Below, one piece after another: positions 47,286 to 57,234 of a stretch of 64,000 nt of DNA (positions are counted from its first letter, which is position 1; each line of letters opens with the position of its first letter). The DNA lies in contig JBGSUI010000188.1 of NCBI GenBank assembly GCA_041736175.1, positions 8,717-72,716 of the forward strand, in the 5' to 3' direction. This DNA comes from Oligoflexales bacterium (lineage in GTDB: Bacteria > Bdellovibrionota_B > Oligoflexia > Oligoflexales > CAIYRB01). A program made the translations under genes and the position numbers. The notes below the pieces were generated by a model, which was not told the DNA's origin, ran no database searches, and saw nothing but the letters and a program-made list of their open reading frames with translations.

Positions 47286-47642
47286 TTAGAACTGAAGCCC
47301 GCCCTCCCTAGCTCCATCCGCTAGGGCTTTGATGCGTCCGTGGTAGGTATAGCCATTTTTGTCAAATACTACTGCATTTATATTTTTCGCTTTGCACCGC
47401 CCAGCCAGCTCTTTGCCAAGGTTCGAACAAGCCTCTACATTGGCCTTGCTATGATTTCCCTTCTCAAAGGAGCTTATAGATACCAAAGTCTGTCCTTGGT
47501 TATCATCAATGACTTGGACATAAACATGACGCTCGGAGCGGAACACCGAAACTCTAGGCCGCTCGCCGGTCCCAAATATCTTTTTGCGTATTCTCTTCTT
47601 CCGCCTGTCACGTAGAGCTGATTTTTTGGCTTGTTGGCTCAC
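47286..47642 (-). CDS. rplR: 50S ribosomal protein L18
   Basis: ..RPRVSVFRSERHVYVQVIDD.., 118 aa. Confidence 0.95.
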   Translation of the reverse strand: MSQQAKKSALRDRRKKRIRKKIFGTGERPRVSVFRSERHVYVQVIDDNQGQTLVSISSFEKGNHSKANVEACSNLGKELAGRCKAKNINAVVFDKNGYTYHGRIKALADGAREGGLQF

Positions 47643-47667
47643 GTTAACCCCCTGATCTTATTTGAAA

Positions 47668-48204
47668 TCACTTTTTACCAGCGGCCTTACCGACCTTCGT
47701 TATAATTTTCTCGTCTTCATACCGAACGCCTTTACCATGATATGGCTCTGGTGGTCGGAATCCCCTAACCTTGGCGGCAACCTGGCCTACTAATTCTTTA
47801 TCAGCTCCGCTCACCACTAAGATCGTCTGTTGGTCGACTTTGATCTCAACCCCTGTAGGCGGTTCATATTCAATGGGATGACTAAAACCGAGAGAGAGAT
47901 TTACTTTTTTCCCGGCTGATGCTGCCCTATACCCTACTCCAACGAGCTTGAGCCGCTTAGAGAAACCCTGACTTACCCCTAGGACCATATTGTTAACAAG
48001 AGTCCTTGTAAGCCCCTGGAAATTCCGGTGCAGGCTATCTTTAACGGAAACATTGACATGGTTCCCTTCCAAGGCAATGTCAACCTGGTTATGAATTTTT
48101 CTATTAAGCTGCCCTTTAGGGCCTTTGACACCAACGTCTTTTCCGTTGATTGTCACAGTGACACCTTTAGGTAGCTCTATTGGTTTTTTTCCAATTCTTG
48201 ACAT
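47668..48204 (-). CDS. rplF: 50S ribosomal protein L6
   Basis: MSRIGKKPIELPKGVTVTINGKDVGVKGPKG.. Confidence 0.96.
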   Translation of the reverse strand: MSRIGKKPIELPKGVTVTINGKDVGVKGPKGQLNRKIHNQVDIALEGNHVNVSVKDSLHRNFQGLTRTLVNNMVLGVSQGFSKRLKLVGVGYRAASAGKKVNLSLGFSHPIEYEPPTGVEIKVDQQTILVVSGADKELVGQVAAKVRGFRPPEPYHGKGVRYEDEKIITKVGKAAGKK

Positions 48205-48213
48205 GAGAGTCCT

Positions 48214-48612
48214 CTAATAAACTGTGCAAATGAGTTCGCCGCCCACATGCTCGCCCCGAGCCATTCGGTCGACCATAAGCCCTTTTGATGTCGATAAAAT
48301 GGCACATCCAAAGCCATTCTTTACGTACGGAATTGCATCAGCATGCACATAAACTCGCTTCCCTGGCTTGCTGACTCGATCGATACCACTGATGACTGGC
48401 TTTCCCTCATCACCATATTTGAGTGCGATCTTAAGGACACCTTGTCGGTCATCCCGGATACATTTATAAGCACGAATGTAACCCTGTTCTTTAAGGAGAT
48501 GAGCAATACCGATCTTGATTTTAGATGCGGGTATACTCACCACTTCTACCCCGGCTTTTTGCGCGTTCCTAACCCTTGTTAAAAGGTCAGCAATTGGATC
48601 TGTTACATTCAT
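48214..48612 (-). CDS. rpsH: 30S ribosomal protein S8
   Basis: MNVTDPIADLLTRVRNAQKAG.. Confidence 0.96.
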   Translation of the reverse strand: MNVTDPIADLLTRVRNAQKAGVEVVSIPASKIKIGIAHLLKEQGYIRAYKCIRDDRQGVLKIALKYGDEGKPVISGIDRVSKPGKRVYVHADAIPYVKNGFGCAILSTSKGLMVDRMARGEHVGGELICTVY

Positions 48613-48691
48613 GACTTAACCATACTCCGTATGTTAACAATTCTCTTTTCTCGACTTTAGGTTCTAAAGACTACACCCTGAGGCTGTTGGA

Positions 48692-48961
48692 CTACCAGGA
48701 CGCTTTGGTCACACCTGGAAGGAGGCCCTTCAGAGCCAACTGCCTGAAACAGATCCTGCAAATCCCGAATTTCCGATAAACAGCTTTTGGCCTACCACAG
48801 TTGTTACAACGAGTATAAGCCCTTGACGAATAGGTCAACTTGGATTTGACTTCACGCCACTTAAGTTTCTTCTCGTTCATTTCGCTGATCAGCGCCGCCT
48901 TCTGGCGAGCCACTCTTTCATTAACTTTTTCGCACTTTTTAATACTAGCGACCCTTGCCAT
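48692..48961 (-). CDS. rpsN: 30S ribosomal protein S14 (89 aa, with CxxC...CxxC)
   Basis: C-terminal ..[39 protein letters not shown], in operon position. Confidence 0.94.
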   Translation of the reverse strand: MARVASIKKCEKVNERVARQKAALISEMNEKKLKWREVKSKLTYSSRAYTRCNNCGRPKAVYRKFGICRICFRQLALKGLLPGVTKASW

Positions 48962-48979
48962 TGCTTTTACTCCTTTGAA

Positions 48980-49531
48980 TCATGATTTACGAAATGGAAA
49001 ATTAAAGCGATCCAAAAGAGCTTTGGCTTCAACGTCGTTCTCTGCACTGGTCACTATCGTTATACCAAGGCCCCGCACTCTATCAACTTTATCGTAATCA
49101 ATCTCAGGGAAGATGATTTGTTCCTTCAACCCAACATTGTAGTTTCCACGTCCATCGAATGCTTTTGCCGAAAAACCCCTAAAATCCCGAATTCGTGGAA
49201 CCGTAATATTGATAAAACGGTCCAGAAACTCATACATCCGGTCGCCGCGAAGCGTTACCGCACAACCAATGGGCATACCCTCTCGCAACTTAAAGGTCGC
49301 GATAGACTTTTTTGCTTTTGTCATCACAGGTTTTTGACCTGTGATCGCCGTCAAATCCGCGACTGCACCCTCAAGACTCTTAATGTTCTGGGTCGCATCA
49401 CCTTGTCCGATATTCACCACGATCTTTTTGAGCCCTGGAACACGCATTTTATTTTTGATGCCAAGGTCTGTCATCAAGCTACTGAATTCGGACTTGTATT
49501 TTGTTTTCAATGTTGGTTGATAGGATGACAT
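48980..49531 (-). CDS. rplE: 50S ribosomal protein L5
   Basis: ..[16 protein letters not shown].. and ..[28 protein letters not shown].. Confidence 0.96.
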   Translation of the reverse strand: MSSYQPTLKTKYKSEFSSLMTDLGIKNKMRVPGLKKIVVNIGQGDATQNIKSLEGAVADLTAITGQKPVMTKAKKSIATFKLREGMPIGCAVTLRGDRMYEFLDRFINITVPRIRDFRGFSAKAFDGRGNYNVGLKEQIIFPEIDYDKVDRVRGLGITIVTSAENDVEAKALLDRFNFPFRKS

Positions 49532-49543
49532 TTTTTTAACCTT

Positions 49544-49915
49544 TCAAAGTACTTCTGGTGCTAGGGATGCAATTCTCACATACCCCTTCGCCCTAACTTC
49601 ACGGGCCACGGGTCCGAATATCCGCGTTCCAACTGGCTCGCTTTCCTTGCCCTTAATCAGAACACATGCATTTTCGTCAAATCGTATAGTGGTTCCATCG
49701 TCTCGCTGGATCTCTTTTTTGGTCCTAACAACGACTGCCTTGTGAACCGTCCCTTTTTTAACTTTACTATTGGCAAGTGTTTCTTTGATTGAAACGACAA
49801 TGACATCCCCTACCGCTGCGTAGCGCTTCTTGCTGCCGCCAATGACCTTGAAACATTTAAGGGTGCGGGCTCCGGAGTTGTCTGCACTTTGTAGAACTGT
49901 TTCCATCTGAATCAT
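49544..49915 (-). CDS. rplN: 50S ribosomal protein L14
   Basis: [27 protein letters not shown]...[11 protein letters not shown]...IASLAPEVL, colinear with E. coli L14. Confidence 0.96.
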   Translation of the reverse strand: MIQMETVLQSADNSGARTLKCFKVIGGSKKRYAAVGDVIVVSIKETLANSKVKKGTVHKAVVVRTKKEIQRDDGTTIRFDENACVLIKGKESEPVGTRIFGPVAREVRAKGYVRIASLAPEVL

Positions 49916-49920
49916 TGGTG

Positions 49921-50187
49921 CTACTCCTTAGCCTTTTTCACAATTTCAATAAGGGTAAACTTCTTACGTGAACTATGGGGGCGCGAAGCAGCGATTAGAA
50001 CTAAATCGCCTGACTTGCTCGCATTAGACTCGTCGTGAAACATCAACTTTGTCGTTTTGCGAATAAACCGACCATATTTCTCATGCTTTACGAGTCTCTC
50101 GACCGTCGCTACGCGGGACTTTTGCATCTTATCGCTTGTCACGCGCACAGTTAATGGTCGTGCTTTTTTATCTTTATGCTCACTCAC
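49921..50187 (-). CDS. rpsQ: 30S ribosomal protein S17
   Basis: ..[38 protein letters not shown].. Confidence 0.95.
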   Translation of the reverse strand: MSEHKDKKARPLTVRVTSDKMQKSRVATVERLVKHEKYGRFIRKTTKLMFHDESNASKSGDLVLIAASRPHSSRKKFTLIEIVKKAKE

Positions 50188-50219
50188 CGCGCACTCTCCC
50201 TCGTTCTTACTGGTCTACC

Positions 50220-50435
50220 CTATGATTTCTTAGACTTAGACTTGTTTTGGTTCTTAGCGGTTAGCACTCTTGCCAATGATTTCCTAAGGCCCTTTGCCGA
50301 CTTCCTCTTACCTTTGATCCCATAAATATCGAGCTTGCCGACATTCATTTGAAGACGCAAACCCTTCTCAGCCTGAGTCAATTCAGTGGCATTGAGTTTT
50401 AACATTTCGCTATAGGTTAGCTTTTCGTGTTCCAT
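50220..50435 (-). CDS. rpmC: 50S ribosomal protein L29
   Basis: 71 aa, helical, ..LRKSLARVLTAKNQ.. Lies between rplP and rpsQ. Confidence 0.9.
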   Translation of the reverse strand: MEHEKLTYSEMLKLNATELTQAEKGLRLQMNVGKLDIYGIKGKRKSAKGLRKSLARVLTAKNQNKSKSKKS

Positions 50436-50458
50436 AACTTTATTTCTCCGGTCTTATC

Positions 50459-50881
50459 TCAGACCCAGGGGTCTAGGCCTTTTATGATTAATTTGGTCCG
50501 AATGGGAAGTTTCGAAGCGGCTAAACTGAGGGCCTGGGTAGCCGTCTCTTTATCTACACCATTCATCTCATAGATAATGCGCCCAGCCCTGATTCTTGCT
50601 TCGTAATGGTCGATCGCGCCTTTACCGCCACCCATACGTACCTCGGCTGGTTTTTTCGAAATAGGAAAGTGGGGAAAAATCTTAATCCAGACCTGCCCAC
50701 CTCTTTTTATGTGTCGGGTCATGGCAATACGTGCAGCCTCAATTTGCCTGGCTGTGACGCGCCCATTTTCCGCGGCCATAATCCCGAAATCACCGAAAGC
50801 AAGGTCGCTTCCTTTGGAGGCTTTCCCGGTAATCTTTCCCCGGAACGACTTCCGGTGTTTCATTTTCTTTGGAGATAACAT
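50459..50881 (-). CDS. rplP: 50S ribosomal protein L16
   Basis: MLSPKKMKHRKSFRGKITGKASKGSDLAFGDFG.. Confidence 0.96.
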   Translation of the reverse strand: MLSPKKMKHRKSFRGKITGKASKGSDLAFGDFGIMAAENGRVTARQIEAARIAMTRHIKRGGQVWIKIFPHFPISKKPAEVRMGGGKGAIDHYEARIRAGRIIYEMNGVDKETATQALSLAASKLPIRTKLIIKGLDPWV

Positions 50882-50893
50882 GCCCCTAGCTCC

Positions 50894-51541
50894 TTACTGT
50901 ACCGTGTCAAAGACTTCGCCTCGGAAAATCCATACCTTCACACCGATCAGGCCATAGGTCGTCATGGCCTCAGCGGTTGCATAATCGATATCTGCACGCA
51001 GCGTATGCAAGGGGACGCGCCCTTCCATGTAACGCTCGGTTCTGGACATATCTGCCCCACCCAATCTTCCCGCACACTGAACTTTTACACCTTTGGCGCC
51101 AGCTTTAATTCCTGAAGTGATCGCTTTTTTCATCGCGCGACGGAAAGAAACCCTTCTTTCTAACTGCTGCTTCACGCTCTCGGCGAGGAGCTTAGCTTCT
51201 ACATCTGGTTTCTTAACTTCAAAAACCTTTAAGACTGGCTCACCTGATTTTATTTTGCAGTGCTTTATGAGCTCATCTTTAAGGGTTTCTGCTCCTGAGC
51301 CCTTCTTGCCAATGATCACACCAGGACGTGCGCTATAAATATTCACCGTAAGATTCTTGGCAGCTCTTTCGATCTCAATTCGGGCTATGCCAGCAGCATC
51401 GAACTTCTTAGCCACATACTGCCTTATCCGAATATCTTCCATCAAATTGATAGGATAATCTCTTTTGTTTGCATACCATCGGGAGGACCAAGTTCTTGTA
51501 GTCCCCAGACGAAACCCTACTGGATTAACTTTTTGTCCCAA
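50894..51541 (-). CDS. rpsC: 30S ribosomal protein S3
   Basis: [24 protein letters not shown].. Confidence 0.96.
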   Translation of the reverse strand: MGQKVNPVGFRLGTTRTWSSRWYANKRDYPINLMEDIRIRQYVAKKFDAAGIARIEIERAAKNLTVNIYSARPGVIIGKKGSGAETLKDELIKHCKIKSGEPVLKVFEVKKPDVEAKLLAESVKQQLERRVSFRRAMKKAITSGIKAGAKGVKVQCAGRLGGADMSRTERYMEGRVPLHTLRADIDYATAEAMTTYGLIGVKVWIFRGEVFDTVQ

Positions 51542-51560
51542 AGCACATCTCCCTAATGGA

Positions 51561-51899
51561 TTAAATCTCTTTTAACTTGATTGTTATATGTGAGGTGCGT
51601 TTCTGAATAGGGGTCGCCCTTCCCTGTGCACGTGGTAACCATCTCTTTAAGGACGTCCCCCCATCCACGAAGCCTTCGGAGACAATAAGTCTATCAACAT
51701 CGACAGTCGCTTTATTGGTCGCATTGGCTATCGCCGACACTATCATTTTCGCTACGATCGGAGCAGAACGCTTATTGGTATTTTTTAATAATTCTAGCGC
51801 ATACTGCACTGGTTTACCTTTGACAAGATTAACCACCAATCGGACTTTTCGAGGTGCTATTCTCAAATTCTTTAACACTGCCTTTGATGCCTCTGCCAT
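51561..51899 (-). CDS. rplV: 50S ribosomal protein L22
   Basis: ..[25 protein letters not shown].. Confidence 0.95.
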   Translation of the reverse strand: MAEASKAVLKNLRIAPRKVRLVVNLVKGKPVQYALELLKNTNKRSAPIVAKMIVSAIANATNKATVDVDRLIVSEGFVDGGTSLKRWLPRAQGRATPIQKRTSHITIKLKEI

Positions 51900-51939
51900 A
51901 CCAACACTCCCTTTGACTCGCTAAACTTCACTCAATCTC

Positions 51940-52227
51940 TCATTTCGCTGCTGGAGATGCACTCTTGACTTTTCGGTCTCCAGAGTGGCCGATAAAGGTT
52001 CTGGTTGGTGAAAATTCACCTAACTTATGTCCAACCATATTCTCGGTCACATAGACTGGGATAAACTTCTTGCCATTATGAACCGCAAAGGTCAAGCCAA
52101 CAAAATCCGGTATGATTGTTGAACGTCGAGACCAGGTTTTGATTGGCTTTTTGTCTTGCCGAGCCTGCTCTGCTTTTTTTATAAGGTACTCGTCAAGAAA
52201 CGGACCTTTCTTTACTGAACGAGACAA
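51940..52227 (-). CDS. rpsS: 30S ribosomal protein S19
   Basis: [15 protein letters not shown]...[30 protein letters not shown]. Confidence 0.96.
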   Translation of the reverse strand: MSRSVKKGPFLDEYLIKKAEQARQDKKPIKTWSRRSTIIPDFVGLTFAVHNGKKFIPVYVTENMVGHKLGEFSPTRTFIGHSGDRKVKSASPAAK

Positions 52228-52250
52228 TGGTAATACCTCCGAATATTCGT

Positions 52251-53096
52251 TTACTTGACCCGAGATTCACGACGCTTTGCGGCGCGACGAATGATATCTT
52301 TGTCGGTTCGCTTGTTTTTACGAGTTTTATAACCTTTTGTAGGCTGTGCCCATGGAGAAACAGGATGGCGACCACCGGACGTTTTTCCCTCACCACCACC
52401 ATGGGGGTGATCGATTGGGTTCATTGCCACCCCACGCACGGTCGGTCTGATTCCCAACCATCGGGAGCGACCAGCTTTACCTATAGAGACGTTGATCTGT
52501 TCCTGGTTGCTTACCGAACCAATCGTGGCCATACACTCTTCTTGAACCCGCCTCATCTCGCCGGATGGCATCTTAAGCTGGGCCCAACCATCGACACGTC
52601 CCACTAACTGGCAGCGGGCACCGGCTGATCGAACCATTTTTGATCCGCCACCTGGCCTAAGCTCAATATTGTGAATATCAACACCATAAGGAATCGACTT
52701 TAACGGCATTGCATTGCCGACTTTCACATCTGCTTTTTCTGAAGCAACGACTTTCATACCCTTTTGAAGCTGATCGGGGGCTATGATGTACCGCCGCTCA
52801 CCATCGCTATACAAGACTTTCGCAATAAATGCCGTGCGATTAGGATCGTATTCAATGGTCTCAACGATTCCTACAATATCTCTTTTATCGCGCTTCCAAT
52901 CGATAATTCGATACTTTTGCCGACTACCGCCGCCTTTATGCCTTACGGTGATGCGGCCTTGATTGTTCCGTCCGGCGTTCTTTTTAAGACTGACCGTTAA
53001 AGAAGCAAGTGGTTCAACTTTATCAAGGTGAGAGTAGTCCACCGTTGACATTCCGCGTCGACCAGGAGATGTAGACTTATATTGTTTCGTGGCCAT
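52251..53096 (-). CDS. rplB: 50S ribosomal protein L2
   Basis: ..[29 protein letters not shown].. Confidence 0.97.
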   Translation of the reverse strand: MATKQYKSTSPGRRGMSTVDYSHLDKVEPLASLTVSLKKNAGRNNQGRITVRHKGGGSRQKYRIIDWKRDKRDIVGIVETIEYDPNRTAFIAKVLYSDGERRYIIAPDQLQKGMKVVASEKADVKVGNAMPLKSIPYGVDIHNIELRPGGGSKMVRSAGARCQLVGRVDGWAQLKMPSGEMRRVQEECMATIGSVSNQEQINVSIGKAGRSRWLGIRPTVRGVAMNPIDHPHGGGEGKTSGGRHPVSPWAQPTKGYKTRKNKRTDKDIIRRAAKRRESRVK

Positions 53097-53119
53097 AGGC
53101 TGGTACCTTTTACTCCGGC

Positions 53120-53407
53120 TTATTTTACTTGAAAGATGTCGATATTTGAGTCTTTGCTAAGAGACACTACAGCTTTTTTCCAATTAGATCTCTTGGATTG
53201 ACGAGCCCCTCGCTGGACTATTTTCCCGCGAATGATCGAAGTGTTCACAGCAAGTGCCTTCACTCCAAAGACCACTTCGATAGCCTTTTTAACGTCTTCC
53301 TTGGTCGCTTTAGGCTGTACAGCAAATGAAAATTGATTGAATTTTTTTCTGCTGCGTTCACCTTTTTCAGAGGTGATGGGCTTTATAAGTACATTATATG
53401 GATTCAT
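53120..53407 (-). CDS. rplW: 50S ribosomal protein L23
   Basis: 95 aa, ..[10 protein letters not shown]...[17 protein letters not shown].. Confidence 0.94.
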   Translation of the reverse strand: MNPYNVLIKPITSEKGERSRKKFNQFSFAVQPKATKEDVKKAIEVVFGVKALAVNTSIIRGKIVQRGARQSKRSNWKKAVVSLSKDSNIDIFQVK

Positions 53408-54033
53408 TCTTTTGTCTCCTGAAATCTTTGGGCAAGCGAACTTAGTGCTGTCTCGCTAATGATAAGGTGCTCATAGCGAAGAACATTCTCTGCATTGATC
53501 TCACCTGGAGGTAAGACTTTGGCGCCGTATAGGTTTCTCGCAGATTTATAAAGAACATCATCTTTGCGTTCGTCTGCCAGCAGCGTTTTCGTTGCTTTAA
53601 AGTTTTCGATAAGCTTACGAATCTGCTTGGTTGAGTACTTTTCGATCGCAAAGTCGTTTACCACTATCAATCGATCGTGTCTTACCTTGTCGCTGAGGGC
53701 TACCTTAAGGGCCAACCGTCGAGCTTTTTTTGTTGTGTACTGGCGGTACGACCTAGGTTGTGGGCCGTGGGCCTCGCCACCACCGGGCATATGGGGGTTA
53801 CGAAGACTCCCTTGACGGGCCCCACCGGTGCCTTTTTGTTTGAAGGGCTTTTTCCCTCCACCAGATACGAAAGCCTTCGTCTTAGTGGCATGGGTACCCT
53901 GGCGCCGATTGGCCTGATAAGCTTTGACCACCGAGTGGAGAATGGCTTCATTCATCTCGACATTGTAAATGTCATCAGGCACCTGGATGGTTTTGATTTT
54001 CGAGGCTTCGATGTTATAGACATTCAATTCCAT
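53404..54033 (-). CDS. rplD: 50S ribosomal protein L4
   Basis: ..QGTHATKTKAFVSGGGKKPFKQKGTGGARQGS.. Overlaps rplW by 4 nt. Confidence 0.96.
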   Translation of the reverse strand: MELNVYNIEASKIKTIQVPDDIYNVEMNEAILHSVVKAYQANRRQGTHATKTKAFVSGGGKKPFKQKGTGGARQGSLRNPHMPGGGEAHGPQPRSYRQYTTKKARRLALKVALSDKVRHDRLIVVNDFAIEKYSTKQIRKLIENFKATKTLLADERKDDVLYKSARNLYGAKVLPPGEINAENVLRYEHLIISETALSSLAQRFQETKE

Positions 54034-54047
54034 GGTTTACGCCTCAC

Positions 54048-54716
54048 TTAAGATTTCTTAACCGCTTTGGGTTTTTTAGCTTTGATCGATGGTCTTATCA
54101 CTAAAAATCCATCCTTGTGACCTGGTACAGATCCCCTGACCGCAATCACCCGACTCTCTTGATCGAGATCTAAAACATCGAGGTTTAAGATCGTAACCTG
54201 CTCTGAACCGTACTGACCTGGCTGGTGCCGATTCTTCATCACTCGACCCGGGGTCGATCTCATACCCAATGAACCAGGGGAACGATGGAATCTAGAACCG
54301 TGGGACATGCGACCCACTGCTGAATTCCAACGAACGTGGGCACCGGAGAATCCACGACCTTTGGTAATCCCTGTGATATCGATCGCTTTGACGTCCTGGA
54401 GCAGATTTGAAAAATCAATTGCTTGGCCAAGCTCAGGAGCGGCAGTTCCAGGGACTAAGCGAAACTCCTGGTAGCGGATGAATTTCTCCTCGACTCCTGC
54501 CTGACTTAGTCTTCCCAGGTCGGCTTTATTAAGGTGTTTTTCACCCTTAGCATAGAATCCCACCTGAACAGCTTCGTAGCCGTCTTTTTCTAAGGTTAGT
54601 TTTTTTGTGACCTTTTGCTGCTCGACTTGCAAGAGTGTCACTGGTGTCACTCGTCCTTGTGCGTCGACCATTCTGGTCATTCCGATTTTCTTAGCGATGA
54701 GTCCGGCTGTTGTCAT
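54048..54716 (-). CDS. rplC: 50S ribosomal protein L3
   Basis: ..GLIAKKIGMTRMVD...ITKGRGFSGAHVRWN.. Confidence 0.96.
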   Translation of the reverse strand: MTTAGLIAKKIGMTRMVDAQGRVTPVTLLQVEQQKVTKKLTLEKDGYEAVQVGFYAKGEKHLNKADLGRLSQAGVEEKFIRYQEFRLVPGTAAPELGQAIDFSNLLQDVKAIDITGITKGRGFSGAHVRWNSAVGRMSHGSRFHRSPGSLGMRSTPGRVMKNRHQPGQYGSEQVTILNLDVLDLDQESRVIAVRGSVPGHKDGFLVIRPSIKAKKPKAVKKS

Positions 54717-54807
54717 TCCTGCAACCTGCCATTATTACTATGTGTTAAAGTCAAAGACGTTCCATTCAGGTTCGTCACATTTTCGATTCTTTTTTTAGGA
54801 TGATGTC

Positions 54808-55119
54808 TCAATAGAGTTTAATCTCGACGTCTACCCCAGAAGCAAGGTCAAGCTTCATCAAAGCATCGATGGTTTGCTGCTTTGGCTCCAAAATGTCGAT
54901 CAACCTCTTATGGGTGCGCACTTCGAACTGCTCACGAGACTTTTTATCCACGTGAGGACTTCTTAACACCGTAAAGCGATTGATGCCAGTGGGGAGGGGG
55001 ATAGGACCTGCGACTTTAGCTCCCGTTCGTTTTGCCCGTTCCACAATGTCGGCTGCGGACTGGTCAAGGAGTCTGTAGTCATAACCTCGCAGGCGGATTC
55101 TGATTTTTTGATTTTCCAT
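54808..55119 (-). CDS. rpsJ: 30S ribosomal protein S10
   Basis: [44 protein letters not shown].. Confidence 0.96.
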   Translation of the reverse strand: MENQKIRIRLRGYDYRLLDQSAADIVERAKRTGAKVAGPIPLPTGINRFTVLRSPHVDKKSREQFEVRTHKRLIDILEPKQQTIDALMKLDLASGVDVEIKLY

Positions 55120-55283
55120 AACAATCGCCTCTTGGATTACTCTCGATCTTGCTGGATCACATTAAAGGAAAGATACTCAGGGTGGGCTCTGTATGATGCA
55201 GAGGTCGGCATTCGACAGCGAGGGGCCAATGGTGGCACTCGGTGGCAGAGGCTTGCTCAACGCAGGCTTACCTGAGGACGATC

Positions 55284-55312
55284 GTTGTATGGCTTTTCCA
55301 GGGTAGAGTCAA
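55284..55312 (-). promoter_or_regulatory. candidate sigma70-type promoter of the S10 operon, followed by a ~160-nt GC-rich leader
   Basis: On the minus strand: TTGACT (55312-55307), a 17-nt spacer, then TACAAC (55289-55284). The leader contains CTCAGG...CCTGAG and CTCTG-catcata-CAGAG pairings. Confidence 0.3.
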
Positions 55313-55356
55313 CGAATAATTGGGTGAGGATGAATTTTTTTTACGGGAGACTCTGA

Positions 55357-56181
55357 ATGGGTCAGCAGATTTTAGTGCGAATGGAGCAGAAATGGTTAGC
55401 CACACTGTTTTTTATAGTCTTCAGTCATGCAAGATGTGTCACCGATCCAAATCACCAATTACCCCCAAAACCGTTGGGCCCTTCTACAGCACCAGCATTA
55501 GTTAAACAGAGCTTTGGAACAGCTGGGACATCTTTTGATGCGTTATTCATAGGTCCAAAAATGATCTTGAGGCCATCTAGTCGCCCCAAAGATCTTAACC
55601 CTGATAGGCCATGCCTGCTCTTTATCGGCACCCCCCTTAAGGATGGTATGGTATTTTTAGACCATCTGGCACGGGACATGGAGCGAACTGGGGAAGAAAC
55701 CTACCGATTCGTCACAACCACCGATCCAACTATAGATGGGGGAAACACGGCACCAATCACTCTAGGAGGAACCCTTACAGGTGAGTTATGGCGAGGCGAT
55801 CCTGCAAAGGGCGGCACCTTAATCATTAAAGCACTTGGGGTATCTGAGGTAAAGCTCCACGAGACAGCCACTAAGCGCCCGATTCCCGAACATCTCCGAG
55901 AAAAAGTTTACAGCCTCGTAAGTACCGACCGGGACATGGTGGCTATCCCCCTATTCGGAGACGAAAAAAGCGAAGTACGTTCCATTCGGGTAAGATTAAG
56001 GGAGCTTAGGGCAGATCCTACAGTCCGAGGATGGTTGTTAAAAGAGCCTCATCTCGTCGTATTTGAAAACTCTGCAGCGATCGCCGCGGACGAGGCCGAT
56101 GAGGGGTCGTTCCTCAAAGGTAAGATCAGAATTCGCGGCAAATTTTATGCATCAACGTTCGAGCGGGTCCCGCCCCCTTGA
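55357..56181 (+). CDS. hypothetical exported protein (274 aa)
   Basis: Hydrophobic N-terminus WLATLFFIVFSHARC (possible lipobox). No recognised motifs. Confidence 0.5.
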   Translation: MGQQILVRMEQKWLATLFFIVFSHARCVTDPNHQLPPKPLGPSTAPALVKQSFGTAGTSFDALFIGPKMILRPSSRPKDLNPDRPCLLFIGTPLKDGMVFLDHLARDMERTGEETYRFVTTTDPTIDGGNTAPITLGGTLTGELWRGDPAKGGTLIIKALGVSEVKLHETATKRPIPEHLREKVYSLVSTDRDMVAIPLFGDEKSEVRSIRVRLRELRADPTVRGWLLKEPHLVVFENSAAIAADEADEGSFLKGKIRIRGKFYASTFERVPPP

Positions 56182-56188
56182 TCTTGAG

Positions 56189-57190
56189 CTACTGATTAAG
56201 GAGAACAACCTTAGATTTACGCCTCTGTTCAACAACCCACCTTTTAGTCTGTTCTTGGAGTTCCAAGAACAGCAATTCGTCTTGTAACTTAACTTTATTA
56301 GCAAGAAATCCACGACTGGCCGTAAACTGCTTATTCTCTAGCAAAAACAGGTACCAACCCATGGGAGTCTTGATAGGAGAGGTGAACTGGCCGGGTTCCA
56401 GCTTTTGAATTTCTGATTGAAGGATTTGGTTTAAGTCGCCTAATTTAAGGGGAGGTAGCTGCCCCCCGTTCTCTCTGGCCTTTGGATCATCGCTATAGAC
56501 TTTTGCAATCACAGGAAAAGGACTGCCATCGACAAGTTTTTGATAGACCTGTTTTGCCAAAACGCTCTTGGCTGCCATGACCTCACTAGGAGCATCTTTG
56601 GGTACCGAGATTAGGATCTGCCTTAATTGCAGTTCTATGGATTCCTTACTATCCCCAGTCTTTTTAAGGTAGTAGGTCTCAAGGTCTCTATCGGTTATCT
56701 TGATAAGCGGCCGGATGATCCTTCCTTGAAATCGCTGTAATCTTAAATAGTCTTTGGCATCCTGAAAGTAATCCTCATAAGCAACGCCCTCCTGGGCTAG
56801 CCTTTGCTTGAGCTGGTCCCGGCTAAGCTGGAGCCTTTTCAAGTTTTGATCGATTTCCTTGTCAACATCACTGTCTTCGACCTCAATGCCTAATTCATCC
56901 GCCTTGAGAGTCGCTAGCTTCCAGTTGATGGCATCATTAAGCGCCCTTTCAAAGGGCGGAGATTTATCGGTCGAAGGATGATCCGAAATGACGACAAGTG
57001 GTCCAGCCTCGATTTTTTCCGTAACCTCAGAGAGTAACACCGGACTTCCGTCAACAATTGCTACAATGCGATCGACTAATTCCTCGCTTTGCACAGCTTT
57101 TGGCCACAAAAACAGGGAGAGCAACATCACGCCTGTGAAAACCTTAAGTTTCTGCCTTCGCTCAATCCCAACCAAAAAGTGCTCAGTCAC
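56189..57190 (-). CDS. SurA-like periplasmic chaperone / parvulin PPIase
   Basis: Signal sequence, then a SurA_N-like LVDRIVAIVDGSPVLLSEV, and a parvulin-like region ..LRQILISVPKDA...PIKTPMGWYLFLLE.. Confidence 0.7.
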   Translation of the reverse strand: MTEHFLVGIERRQKLKVFTGVMLLSLFLWPKAVQSEELVDRIVAIVDGSPVLLSEVTEKIEAGPLVVISDHPSTDKSPPFERALNDAINWKLATLKADELGIEVEDSDVDKEIDQNLKRLQLSRDQLKQRLAQEGVAYEDYFQDAKDYLRLQRFQGRIIRPLIKITDRDLETYYLKKTGDSKESIELQLRQILISVPKDAPSEVMAAKSVLAKQVYQKLVDGSPFPVIAKVYSDDPKARENGGQLPPLKLGDLNQILQSEIQKLEPGQFTSPIKTPMGWYLFLLENKQFTASRGFLANKVKLQDELLFLELQEQTKRWVVEQRRKSKVVLLNQ

Positions 57191-57234
57191 AAGATCCCTC
57201 TCAAACTAATTCGGTCATGCCGACCATATTACAA

